From NCBI GenBank assembly GCA_023261845.1, contig JALNJZ010000003.1, positions 1 through 64,000 of the forward strand: 64,000 nucleotides of DNA, read 5' to 3'. The first letter of the stretch is position 1. Every line of letters begins with the position of its first letter. Made by a program: the position numbers and the translations under genes. The notes below the pieces were generated by a model. That model was given only the letters and a program-made list of their open reading frames with translations. It was not told the origin of the DNA and did not search any database. This DNA comes from Candidatus Terraquivivens tengchongensis (GTDB lineage: Archaea > Thermoproteota > Nitrososphaeria_A > Caldarchaeales > Wolframiiraptoraceae). Below, piece by piece: positions 19,303 through 29,320 of this stretch.

Positions 19303-20490
19303 ATGACGAGAACATCTAGCAGGGTTTATAAAATAACTCAAGAGGGTGCTTTTGCAGTTCTTGCGAAAGCGAGGGAAGTTGAGGCAAAAGGAAAGAATGT
19401 AATACATATGGAAATCGGTGAACCTGATTTTGATACACCAGAAAACATAAAGAGAGCGGCGATTGAGGCCTTGGCAAAGGGCGCAACACATTATACACCA
19501 ACACCTGGAATACCGGAACTCAGAAAGGCCATCGCAGAGAGGATCTCTACAGACTTAGGTGTTAACGTTGATTGGAAGAATGTGCTTGTGACTCTTGGAT
19601 GTAAAGAAGCAATATTTGCATCAATCATGTCAATCGTGGATGATGGTGATGAGGTGATATACCCAAATCCAGGCTATCCTGCATACGAATCTATTACGGC
19701 GTATGCTGGCGGAAAACCTGTATCTCTAAGGTTAAGTGAAAGTAATGAGTTTAGAATGACACCTGAAGAAGTTAACGAGCTAATGACCAGCAGAACGAAG
19801 GCAATAATTATCAATTCGCCCCACAACCCATGCGGCTCTGTTCTGAGGAAAGAAGATGTAAAAGGCATAGTAGAGGTCGCAGAAGATAGGAATGCCTTCG
19901 TGATATCTGACGAAATATACTATCCCATACTGTTTGATGGACTGAAGCACTACTCACCGTTATCATTTGCAAAAAAGGATAACGTAATATTAGTGGACGG
20001 TTTTTCGAAGAGATACGCAATGACTGGTTGGAGGCTTGGATATGTGGTGGCCCCCTCAGACCTCGTCGAGCCTATGACTAAACTGTTGAACAACCTGACA
20101 TCGTGCCCAAACCAATTCGTCCAGTACGCTGGTATAGAGGCGCTTAGGGGACCACAAGATTCCGTGAAGCAGATGGTGAAAGCATATGAAGAGAGAAGGA
20201 ATGCGGTAATGGAAAAATTAAAGGAGATAGAAAACATTACGTACTTGAGACCACAGGGAGCGTTTTATGCATTCATCAACGTTCAAAAGATTTTATCACG
20301 CGTTGGTATGAATTCTGAACAACTCGTCGCTAGGCTAATCGAGGACTATGGTGTGGCCGTCCTTCACGGTTCGTCCATGGGCGCATACGGTGAAGGTTTC
20401 ATAAGGATTAGCTTCGCCAACTCTGTTGAGAACCTAATCGAAGGTATATCCAGGCTTAAAAGAGCATTTAACAATATGCTAAGGCGGTAG
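19303..20490 (+). CDS. PLP-dependent class I (aspartate) aminotransferase
   Basis: IGEPDFDTP, INSPHNPCG, SDEIY and GFSKRYAMTGWRLG. Confidence 0.93.
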   Translation: MTRTSSRVYKITQEGAFAVLAKAREVEAKGKNVIHMEIGEPDFDTPENIKRAAIEALAKGATHYTPTPGIPELRKAIAERISTDLGVNVDWKNVLVTLGCKEAIFASIMSIVDDGDEVIYPNPGYPAYESITAYAGGKPVSLRLSESNEFRMTPEEVNELMTSRTKAIIINSPHNPCGSVLRKEDVKGIVEVAEDRNAFVISDEIYYPILFDGLKHYSPLSFAKKDNVILVDGFSKRYAMTGWRLGYVVAPSDLVEPMTKLLNNLTSCPNQFVQYAGIEALRGPQDSVKQMVKAYEERRNAVMEKLKEIENITYLRPQGAFYAFINVQKILSRVGMNSEQLVARLIEDYGVAVLHGSSMGAYGEGFIRISFANSVENLIEGISRLKRAFNNMLRR

Positions 20491-21168
20491 CCTGGCCTCG
20501 AATACTACTGCTGTCCAGCAAGGCCTCATATACCTATCGTAGATTATGCTGGCATTCGGTAGCCTGATTATGTAATCTTCTAAACCTTTCAAAAGTTTGC
20601 TGAAAGGAACGACAGTGTATCCTACACATCTATAAATCATGCCTAACTGGGCAAGCATCTTGGCCGTCACGTCTATGCCGACTATTGATATTGTTGGAAT
20701 TAAAAGTCTACCACCTGGTCTTAGGTGCACTTTTGCACCCTTTAGAACTGTATCCAAAATTGCCCTACCATCTGCCCCTCCATAAGTTTCTACCCTCAAC
20801 GGTTTTTGCGATGGAGTCATGGGCGGGTTTGAGATGATTACGTCAAAGCACTCGTTTTCTACGGGTTCGTAAAGATTCCCTTGCCTAACGTCAATATTGT
20901 ATACGGCATTTAGTTCAGCATTAGCTTTTGCCATCGCTACGGCATCGGGTGAAATGTCTGTAGCCACACAACTTCCAGCACCAAGCTTAGATGCGACTAT
21001 CGCCAAAAAGCCACTACCGGTGCCTAAGTCTAAAACTCGTTCGCCACCCTTTAATTTGATGCAACTCGCAATCAGCTTCGAGACGGCCAGCGGTCGGTAA
21101 ACTTTTTTGTCCTCATAAAGCTTAATTGCTAAGTTACCAATCTTTATCGTCCGCAGTTTCTTATACAT
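20479..21168 (-). CDS. HemK/PrmC-like class I SAM methyltransferase
   Basis: VLDLGTGSG, ISNPPM and YGGADGR. Confidence 0.82.
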   Translation of the reverse strand: MYKKLRTIKIGNLAIKLYEDKKVYRPLAVSKLIASCIKLKGGERVLDLGTGSGFLAIVASKLGAGSCVATDISPDAVAMAKANAELNAVYNIDVRQGNLYEPVENECFDVIISNPPMTPSQKPLRVETYGGADGRAILDTVLKGAKVHLRPGGRLLIPTISIVGIDVTAKMLAQLGMIYRCVGYTVVPFSKLLKGLEDYIIRLPNASIIYDRYMRPCWTAVVFEARLPP

Positions 21169-21329
21169 AGCTAAGCCGACTATAATTTGGTATCAGGCTA
21201 AGCTTAAAGCATGTCACTATCTGCGCATCGTATAGGTTTGTAGTAAGCTTTAAGGATGACCAGAAATGCGGTAGAATATATAAAATAGAAGGCAGGCATA
21301 TAAATAAGATGTGTTTGGAGATTTACACA

Positions 21330-21403
21330 GGGCCGGTAGCTCAGTCTGGAAGAGCACCCGGTTTGCACCCGAGAGGTCCGGGGTTCAAATCCCCGCCGGT
21401 CCA
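21330..21403 (+). tRNA. tRNA-Ala(TGC)
   Basis: GGGCCGG/CCGGTCC acceptor with G3:U70; anticodon loop TT-TGC-AC; GGGGTTCAAATCCCC T arm; one C.A mismatch in the anticodon stem. Confidence 0.93.
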
Positions 21404-21521
21404 CTCCTATCTTAAAAAAAGTTGAATAAACTACACGAGTCTTTGAATACAACCAAAAAGCAGTCACTAAGGATTGTTAAATCGAAATATTTATCTAAGA
21501 AAAGTTCACTTATAAAAATTT

Positions 21522-22232
21522 ATGAAGATAAAAGTTATAGTGCCAGTTTCCACAGATTTTTGGAACGATCTGGTAAGAGGCGCTTATGAAAAGCATAAGG
21601 ATCCTGGAACGGAAATCGATATAATAAACATTAAAAGGGGCCCTGAGTCAATAGAACAGATATACGACGATTCTTGGGCAGCGCTCCCCGCGCTGCTTGA
21701 GGTAGAGAAAGCTGAGAAAGAAGGGTGTGCTGCAGCTATCATATACTGTTTCGGTGATCCAGCTCTTCTAGCTGCAAAGGAAGCAGTAAGTATACCTGTC
21801 GTCGGATTATGTGAACCAAGCATACATGTGGCATCGATGCTAGGAAGAAAGTTCTCCATTATAGGAGTGGGAGGTAAAGTAGGGTATGGTTTAATGATAG
21901 ATAATGTTACGCGTTATGGACTGTTGCATAAGTTGGCCTCAGTTAGGTTAACAGATATAAAAGTGCTCGATATTAGGAAAGAGTTTGACAAGCTTGTTAA
22001 AATATTAACCGAAGAAGGTAAAAAAGCTATTGAGGTTGACGGAGCAGACGTGCTAGTTCTAGGGTGTGGTGGTCTGCTGAATATCGCAGACATATTACAA
22101 GAGAAGCTTGGGGCTCCGGTGATAGATCCTGGCCTAGTTGCCCTAAAAGTCGCCGAGCTTTTGGCAAAGCTTAAGTTACGACAGAGTAAAATAGCGTATA
22201 TTAGTCCATATCCCAAAAAGAGAATAGATTAA
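21522..22232 (+). CDS. Asp/Glu/hydantoin racemase family protein
   Basis: GPESIE, IIYCFGDP and VLVLGCGG (two catalytic Cys), PVIDP. Confidence 0.88.
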   Translation: MKIKVIVPVSTDFWNDLVRGAYEKHKDPGTEIDIINIKRGPESIEQIYDDSWAALPALLEVEKAEKEGCAAAIIYCFGDPALLAAKEAVSIPVVGLCEPSIHVASMLGRKFSIIGVGGKVGYGLMIDNVTRYGLLHKLASVRLTDIKVLDIRKEFDKLVKILTEEGKKAIEVDGADVLVLGCGGLLNIADILQEKLGAPVIDPGLVALKVAELLAKLKLRQSKIAYISPYPKKRID

Positions 22233-22395
22233 TTTTAACTCTCTATAACATTTTTTATTTAAGCATATCTAGAGGAGTGTGCCAATAAATACCCAGATTT
22301 CTTAATTTAATACCTCCCAACTATTAGGATGAAACTTTTCACACTTGTTTATTATAAATTCCTTCTGATCCATAACGTATGCTTTGTATTAAAAA

Positions 22396-23403
22396 TTATT
22401 TTTTCATACTATTAATTAGGTGACAAGCTACATAATGTCCATGTGAAACTTCGTTAAGTATAGGTTCTTGTTCACTACAAATGTTCATAACAAATGGACA
22501 TCTAGTACGGAACCTACATCCTGATGGTGGGTTTATCGCACTTGGAATTTCTCCTTTAGATTCTATACCTTTCGGTAATGTCTTCGATTCTTCTTCAGAT
22601 ATCGTAGGAATAGATGCTAACAACATTTGTGTATATGGGTGGAGAGGATTACTGAAGAGCTCTTCAACGGAAGCTATCTCCATGAGTTTTCCTAAATACA
22701 TTACGTTAATTCGGTGAGATATGTTCTTGACTACCGCTAGGTCATGAGTGATTAGGATATATGTTAAATTCTTACTCTTCTGAATTCTTAGAAGCGTTTT
22801 TAATATTCTTGACTGAGCTGAGACGTCAAGGTTTGATGTCGATTCATCAAGTATTAAACAAGTAGGATTCGTAGCAAGAGCGCGTGCAATAGCTACAAGT
22901 TGCTTCTCTCCACCGCCAAGCTCTCCTGGCAACTTAAATAAATAATCCTCTGTTAATCCAACATAATTCATTAATATTAATAATCTTTCAATTTTTTCAT
23001 ACTTATTTAAGTTAGGATAATGTATATTTATTGCTGTTTCTATAATGTCTTTTACAGTCTTTTTAGGATTGAGCGAAGTTGCTGGATCTTGAAAAACTAC
23101 TTGAATCTCTCTCCTTAACAATAAGTTTCTTTTGATTAATGGTATGTTCCCTATTTCATAACCTTTATACAATATCGATCCCGCATCTGCTACATATTTG
23201 CCTAAAATTACGTTTGCAACAGTCGTTTTACCAGACCCTGACTCACCAACTAAAGCAAGAGTTTCTTCTTTACTAACATCAAAACTTACATCATCAACAG
23301 CTCGGACTACTCCATTAGATGTAGGAAAATACTTCTTTAGATTTCTAACTTTTAGAAGTATCTGATCGTTTGGTGTTTGTATTGCATTTTCTACGCTCAT
23401 CAC
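22396..23403 (-). CDS. dppF: Peptide/nickel ABC transporter ATPase (DppF/OppF)
   Basis: GESGSGKT, VFQDP, PLHPYT and PSGCRFRTRC. Confidence 0.9.
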   Translation of the reverse strand: MMSVENAIQTPNDQILLKVRNLKKYFPTSNGVVRAVDDVSFDVSKEETLALVGESGSGKTTVANVILGKYVADAGSILYKGYEIGNIPLIKRNLLLRREIQVVFQDPATSLNPKKTVKDIIETAINIHYPNLNKYEKIERLLILMNYVGLTEDYLFKLPGELGGGEKQLVAIARALATNPTCLILDESTSNLDVSAQSRILKTLLRIQKSKNLTYILITHDLAVVKNISHRINVMYLGKLMEIASVEELFSNPLHPYTQMLLASIPTISEEESKTLPKGIESKGEIPSAINPPSGCRFRTRCPFVMNICSEQEPILNEVSHGHYVACHLINSMKK

Positions 23404-24383
23404 GTTCCACCTCCGTAAAGGTAGCAGGAAACATATCTATCTCTATCCACTTCTATCAATGGAGGTTTAGCTCTTCTACATATTTCCTGGTCACCAAAAG
23501 GACATCTTGGATGAAATCTACATCCAGACGGTGGATGCCTATAATCTACAGGATTTCCCTTTATTCCCTCTCCAAGTGTACTGCTTAAAATTTTTGGTGC
23601 ACTATCTATAAGTAGCCGCGTGTATGGATGTAGCGGGTCTTTAAATAGCTTAGATGTTGGCGCCTCTTCAACAATATTCCCTCCGTAGATTACATATATT
23701 CTATCAGTCATATTCCGAACCATTCCTAATGCGTGAGAGACTAGCAACATGCTTAGTCCTTTCTTTTTGACTAGATCCATTATCAGCTTTAGTATCTGGG
23801 CCTGTATCGTAACATCAATGTTTGTTGTAGGTTCATCAGCTAATAGAAGCTCCCTTGCTGACGCCAGTGCCATTGCGATGACAACTCTCTGACGCATCCC
23901 GCCGCTTAACTCAAATGGATACGAGTTAAGAACCCTTTCTGGATCTGGTATCAAAGTGTCACGAAGAAGATCTAATGCAATGTTCTCAAGATCTCGCTTA
24001 TTCATACCTGAGTTCTCGTGAGCATATTTGATGATATCTAGCATTTGCTCCTTTATCTTGAAGACGGGATTAAGAGCAGCAAGAGGGTCTTGAAATATCA
24101 TACCAATTTTCCTCCTTCTAATTTCAAGTAACTGTTGTTTGCTACAGTTTAACAAATTCACATCTCTATATAATATCTCACCATTAGTTATTTTTCCCTG
24201 GGGTGGCAAAACACGCAATATTGACTTGAGTAGTGTTGTTTTTCCCGCCCCTGATTCTCCTATTAATCCAACTTTCTCTCCTAACTTTACATTTATTGAT
24301 ACACCATCCAATACGTGATATACATACCAGTAGCTTTTGTACTTAACAAACAAGTCTTTAACGGTAAGAAGATTTTCATACAT
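23400..24383 (-). CDS. dppD: Peptide ABC transporter ATPase (DppD/OppD)
   Basis: GESGAGKT, LSGGMRQR, ADEPTT and GCRFHPRC; start taken at ATG 24383. Confidence 0.9.
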   Translation of the reverse strand: MYENLLTVKDLFVKYKSYWYVYHVLDGVSINVKLGEKVGLIGESGAGKTTLLKSILRVLPPQGKITNGEILYRDVNLLNCSKQQLLEIRRRKIGMIFQDPLAALNPVFKIKEQMLDIIKYAHENSGMNKRDLENIALDLLRDTLIPDPERVLNSYPFELSGGMRQRVVIAMALASARELLLADEPTTNIDVTIQAQILKLIMDLVKKKGLSMLLVSHALGMVRNMTDRIYVIYGGNIVEEAPTSKLFKDPLHPYTRLLIDSAPKILSSTLGEGIKGNPVDYRHPPSGCRFHPRCPFGDQEICRRAKPPLIEVDRDRYVSCYLYGGGT

Positions 24384-24387
24384 AGAT

Positions 24388-25287
24388 CTAATCACCTGCA
24401 AACACTTCGCGAAGTCCATCACCAAACAAGTTGAAGGCCATGACGAGTATAGCTATACCTAAGGTAGGTCCGATTATCATCCACCAGTAAGTAGGAAAGT
24501 ATGCCATGTACTCTGAAACCATTGTGCCTAGATCTGGTGTCGGAGGTTGTGCACCTAACCCTAGAAAACTTATGGCAGAACCTATAAGGATAACCCATGC
24601 TGCATCTAATGTAGCTTTAGTTAAAATAGGTCCTAGAATATTGGGAAGAATCTCTTTAAACATTATGTCTCTATCTTTTACCCCAAGAGCTCTAGCAGCC
24701 CAGACATAGGGTTCATCACGAATAGAGCTCGTCATAGAATAGACCATTCTAGTATACCAAGGCCACCACATGAGGGTAATGGCTATCATTGCGTTAACAA
24801 TATTGGGCTCCAATATGGCGCAGATGGATAAAGCGAGTATTAATGGTGGGATGGATACAAACATATCAGCGAGCCTTAAAACTATATGTTCAGGCCACTT
24901 TCCTTTATAATATCCAGCTATAAGTCCTAGTACCGTGCCCACCGGCATAACTATGCTTATAACTATTCCTATCATCATGAAGGCAAGCCTGAATCCGAAG
25001 ATAACTCTCGTAAAGATGTCCCTTCCAAGATGATCAGTTCCTAGCAAGTATTTCGTACTTATGTATTGAAATCTTTCTTTGAAATTTACATACATACCTG
25101 CATGTTCAGGATAAGGGGCAAGATATTCAGCAAAAATAGCCATTATTAGCAAAGTAGATAATATAACAAGACCTGTAATTGCAAGTTTACTTTTTTTAAA
25201 TCTAAACCATGCTCTTTTAAATCTTTCTTTTCTTACCTCCTTTTCTTTTTGAATTATTAGATTGTAATCCAGCTCTGTAATGCTCAT
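24388..25287 (-). CDS. dppC: Peptide ABC transporter permease (DppC)
   Basis: LGTDHLGRDIF, EAA-like YVWAARALG and SFLGLGAQPP. Confidence 0.9.
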   Translation of the reverse strand: MSITELDYNLIIQKEKEVRKERFKRAWFRFKKSKLAITGLVILSTLLIMAIFAEYLAPYPEHAGMYVNFKERFQYISTKYLLGTDHLGRDIFTRVIFGFRLAFMMIGIVISIVMPVGTVLGLIAGYYKGKWPEHIVLRLADMFVSIPPLILALSICAILEPNIVNAMIAITLMWWPWYTRMVYSMTSSIRDEPYVWAARALGVKDRDIMFKEILPNILGPILTKATLDAAWVILIGSAISFLGLGAQPPTPDLGTMVSEYMAYFPTYWWMIIGPTLGIAILVMAFNLFGDGLREVFAGD

Positions 25288-26342
25288 TGTTGACCACCTC
25301 GTCTAATCCTCGGATCCAATATAGTTAGTATGATGTCGATTATTACGTTTGTAACAATGTATATAATTCCAGCAACAAGTACGATTCCTACTATTCCATT
25401 CAAGTCTTTCCTTAACATGGCAGTTATGCCAAATTTTGAGATACCTGGCCAGTTAAATATCATTTCAACCATAAATGCGTTAGCGATCAATGAAGCAATG
25501 TCTAAGCCTATGACTGGTATTGTTGAACACAGCGATGGTCTTAATGCATACTTAAAATAAACATATCTATAGATTGGTAGACCATGGGATAGAAATGTCG
25601 TGATGTAGTCTTTGTTGATATTCTCAACCATTGCAGATCTTAAAATACGTGTCTCCTGAGCCATGGCCCCAACAGCTAATGCTAACGATGGAAGGGCAAG
25701 ATGCCACAATGCGTCTACAAACGCATTGAAGTTCCCAGTGATTAAAGCATCAATTGTTACTAGCCCAGTAATTCTGGGGAGCCTTATATGTGATGATAAC
25801 CTTTCAGTAGCTGGGAACCAGCCTAATATATAGCTGAAAACAAACTGCAGGATCAAAGCCCAGACGAAGGGCGGCACACATATTCCAATATAGGCAAAAA
25901 CCCTTAGTGCACCATCTATTGCTGAGCCTGGTTTGCAACCGCTTATCGTACCAAGAATTAATGTACCGGTCACCTGAATTATCGCTACAAAAAGCATGAG
26001 TTCTAGTGTTGCCGGAAGAAAGTCAGCAATATCTACAGATACCTCTCTAAACGACGTTAGCGAGGGTCCCAATTTCCCTTGGAAGAGGTTTACCAGCCAA
26101 TAATAGTATTGAACGTAAAGAGGTTTGTCAAGATAGAGCATTTCTCTATATTTTTGAACTATTTCTTCAGGAGCCCTTGGACCAAGAGCCATTCTAGCAG
26201 GGTCTCCAGGCATTATTCTTGCTAAAGTAAAGATTATGAGAGATAATCCTAATAATGATATTAACGATAAAATTATTCTTTTAAGTATTGCATTATTAAA
26301 TATGCCTTTTAGCACATTTAAATTGATTTTCATTAACACCAC
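25284..26342 (-). CDS. dppB: Peptide ABC transporter permease (DppB)
   Basis: MPGDPAR, LDKPLYVQY, PATLEL, HLALPS and VEMIFNWPG. Confidence 0.9.
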   Translation of the reverse strand: MVLMKINLNVLKGIFNNAILKRIILSLISLLGLSLIIFTLARIMPGDPARMALGPRAPEEIVQKYREMLYLDKPLYVQYYYWLVNLFQGKLGPSLTSFREVSVDIADFLPATLELMLFVAIIQVTGTLILGTISGCKPGSAIDGALRVFAYIGICVPPFVWALILQFVFSYILGWFPATERLSSHIRLPRITGLVTIDALITGNFNAFVDALWHLALPSLALAVGAMAQETRILRSAMVENINKDYITTFLSHGLPIYRYVYFKYALRPSLCSTIPVIGLDIASLIANAFMVEMIFNWPGISKFGITAMLRKDLNGIVGIVLVAGIIYIVTNVIIDIILTILDPRIRRGGQQ

Positions 26343-26430
26343 AACCGTAAACCAATTTAAGTTAAGTCTCTAAGTTATTATTTAAAATATTTAAAATTTT
26401 ATCACTAAACTAAAAAAATATAAAAGAAAT

Positions 26431-28104
26431 TTATGTTTTCTTCTCTGGATACACATTCATCTTCCAGTACTCTACATCCCAACCAAAGACTCCAACAAAT
26501 CCTGCTTTTGCTGATGGCCAATCTATATATTTGCTTTGGTATGCTTTGAATCCTATGTAGTCTCCGGCAAATATTGACGGGTATAGATAGAATATGTAAC
26601 GTTGCAGCTCGGCCGACTTTTCAAGTCTCTCTTTTTCATCTATTGTACCTAAGACTTCTTCTATCATTTTATCAAGTTCAGGTAGATCAAACCATTCATT
26701 CTGGTTTACTGTACCATGGGATGCCGAGTGCCATCGTAAATACACTATGGATATAGCTTCTGGATAATCAGCCGTTATCCACATAGGCTCTATGTGATTT
26801 GGAGTATCTGGGCGTGTCATAGCTTCTACAACCTTGAGCCAAGGTAGCTTCACCACTTTAATCTTCAGACCTACCTTCTCTGCTGCACTAGCTAAAAGTA
26901 GACCAACTCTGTCCTCTCCTGGAACCTCAGCTCTCCAGGTTAACGCTATCTCATACTTATCCAGCTCGCCCCAGTACTTGGATTTCTTTAGCTCCTCCAA
27001 TGCTTTATCAATGTTATATTCAACGGGCTCAGGGAACGGAATGAAGCCGATCATGTTTGAAGGTACAATACCTTCCGCCTCTTTATGTTGAGGTAAGATC
27101 TCAAGGAACGTCCTGTAGTCGAATAGGTAGAATAACGCTTTTCTGACATGAATATCATCTAGTGGAGGCTTCCTGCTATTCATCATTAGGAAATACATGC
27201 CATAATAGTGAAGTTTGGCTACGTCTACACCTTCGATTTCATCTAAGGCCTCATATGTCTCTGGAGGAAGCCATACAGTTGAGATATCTAACTCTCTCTT
27301 TGCCATTAATGTGTGCGTAGTTGCAGGGTCAACTATTGCTACTATCTTCACATTATCAGGAGCACGTGGCGCAAAATCTCCCCACCATTTTTCATTCTTA
27401 GCGAGCATCACATGTGAGCCTGGAACGTATTCTACGAGCATATATGGTCCAGATCCTATGTCTATATGTCCTTCCATAAGCCACCCTTTACCAAAGTCTC
27501 CCCATTCCCCGTAAGGTCCTGGAGTTTTGATGTTCTTCTTCACTTCTTCACTGTCAACTACGTAAATGTAGCTGGCGAGATATAAGAAAACACCGCATGG
27601 TTTCTTAAGACCTATTTCGATTGTGTACTTATCTATAGCTTTTGTTCTATCAAGATCTATCCATGGTACTAGCAGGTATCCCATGCCTTCGGGCATTATC
27701 ACCATCCTCATAACGCTGAATTCAACGTCCTTCGCTGTAAGTTCCCTGTTAGTATGATGGAACTTCACCCCTTCCCTTAGATAGAATCTCCAGGTAACGT
27801 TGTCCACCATTTCCCATCTCGTAGCTAGCCATGGAATGATTTTTACAGTCCCTTCCCTATACTCCATACGGACTAAAGTATCATAGACGTTATGTATGTA
27901 GGCTCTGCCAGATTCATCATGGGCAACATGAGGATCTAAATAGGGTAAGTTAGCAAAAGATGCGACTATTAACGACTTTACCGGAGGTGTTGGGGTCGGC
28001 GTAGGTGGTGCGGCGAGGTACCATGCTGCTACACCTACTATGGCTATGATAACCACAACTGCGACTATAGCTGCAACAACTGAACGCTTTACCATATTTT
28101 TCAC
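26431..28104 (-). CDS. dppA: Family 5 ABC substrate-binding protein (DppA-like) with N-terminal TM anchor and PT linker
   Basis: TM helix followed by PPTPTPTPP; LDPH, YDTLV, LREGVKFH and GSGPY. Confidence 0.9.
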   Translation of the reverse strand: MKNMVKRSVVAAIVAVVVIIAIVGVAAWYLAAPPTPTPTPPVKSLIVASFANLPYLDPHVAHDESGRAYIHNVYDTLVRMEYREGTVKIIPWLATRWEMVDNVTWRFYLREGVKFHHTNRELTAKDVEFSVMRMVIMPEGMGYLLVPWIDLDRTKAIDKYTIEIGLKKPCGVFLYLASYIYVVDSEEVKKNIKTPGPYGEWGDFGKGWLMEGHIDIGSGPYMLVEYVPGSHVMLAKNEKWWGDFAPRAPDNVKIVAIVDPATTHTLMAKRELDISTVWLPPETYEALDEIEGVDVAKLHYYGMYFLMMNSRKPPLDDIHVRKALFYLFDYRTFLEILPQHKEAEGIVPSNMIGFIPFPEPVEYNIDKALEELKKSKYWGELDKYEIALTWRAEVPGEDRVGLLLASAAEKVGLKIKVVKLPWLKVVEAMTRPDTPNHIEPMWITADYPEAISIVYLRWHSASHGTVNQNEWFDLPELDKMIEEVLGTIDEKERLEKSAELQRYIFYLYPSIFAGDYIGFKAYQSKYIDWPSAKAGFVGVFGWDVEYWKMNVYPEKKT

Positions 28105-28243
28105 CTGACAAGACTTATAGTTTTAAATACGTTATATAAATTTTTTGTAAAGTTTTAAATGATTAATTTTTCTTTTTTTTACACTTTAAAAGAAAAGCAA
28201 AAAATTTTAAATAGGGTCAGGACAAAAAATTGGTTGATGATAT

Positions 28244-29290
28244 ATGGTTGGTAGATATGAATACGAATTGGGGAAAGCTGCCGATATTCTCGTTCGAGAA
28301 CTTTTCAAACTGAAGCCCGACGAGACGTTCATCATAACTGCGGACACGGAATCTGACCCAAGGGTTGTAGATGCAACAGCCAGGGCTGCCTTCTCCGCTG
28401 GAGCTAAGCCGATGGTCATATGGTTGGCTTCTCCGTTGGGTGTCGGAAAAGCAGCTGACCCGATGTTACCAATTAAACCATTGACGGCCGCGTTGAAAGA
28501 GGCTGATGCATGGGTTGAATTCAACAACCAGTGGTTGCTTTACTCTACACCATGGGATATCGCAATGGAGGAGAACAAGAAGCTAAGGTATCTTTGTCTC
28601 GTTGGCATGGATGCAGATATGATGATAAGGTGCATCGGCAGGGTTGACTTTCCTACCTTAAAGGAATTCCAGACAAAAGTCGTGGAGCTAACAAGGAAAG
28701 CCAAAAAGATGAGGATAACCACGCCAGCTGGAACTGATGTATCTTTTGAGAATGACCCGTCTAGGCCGATACTTTTAGAGGTTGGTTATGCTGATACGCC
28801 TGGAGCTCACTTTATGTCTGGTCAAATAGGCTGGTCCCCAATATTTGAAACAATCAACGGAGTTATAGTGTTTGACGGCTCGCTCTCACCACCAATAGGT
28901 TTGCTGAAAGAACCGGTTAAGCTTCACGTAAAAGAGAGCAAGATTGTGAAGATTGAAGGAGGAAAAGAGGCGGTGGAGTTTGAGGCATGGTTAAACAGCT
29001 TCAATGACCCGAACATGTTTTACATGGCACATGTATGCTACGGTTTCCATCCGAATGCGAAGCTAACAGGCGCAATCCTCGAAGACGAAAGGGTCTGGGG
29101 ATGCACTGAGTGGGGTATCGGTAACGTAGGACCCATGCTAGCACCACCAAAAGGAAGGCCAGCAAAGTCCCATACTGACGGAATATGCCTTAACTCTTCA
29201 GTATGGCTTGATAATGTACAGTTGTTAGATAAGGGCAAAGTGGTTCATCCAGAGCTCATAGAGCTAGCCAAGAAATTGGGCAAAGCCTAA
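28244..29290 (+). CDS. M29-fold metalloprotein with altered (NicX-like) metal ligands
   Basis: ITTPAGTD, NGVIVFDG, MAHVCYGFHPNA, LEDER and SHTDGI. Confidence 0.75.
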   Translation: MVGRYEYELGKAADILVRELFKLKPDETFIITADTESDPRVVDATARAAFSAGAKPMVIWLASPLGVGKAADPMLPIKPLTAALKEADAWVEFNNQWLLYSTPWDIAMEENKKLRYLCLVGMDADMMIRCIGRVDFPTLKEFQTKVVELTRKAKKMRITTPAGTDVSFENDPSRPILLEVGYADTPGAHFMSGQIGWSPIFETINGVIVFDGSLSPPIGLLKEPVKLHVKESKIVKIEGGKEAVEFEAWLNSFNDPNMFYMAHVCYGFHPNAKLTGAILEDERVWGCTEWGIGNVGPMLAPPKGRPAKSHTDGICLNSSVWLDNVQLLDKGKVVHPELIELAKKLGKA

Positions 29291-29320
29291 ACCAGATCTT
29301 TAATTTTTATTTTTGTTTAG

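Noticed and set aside
21204-21467. ORF antisense to tRNA-Ala(TGC); likewise 37643-37855 and 42604-42837
   Set aside because: Shadow translations of tRNA genes.
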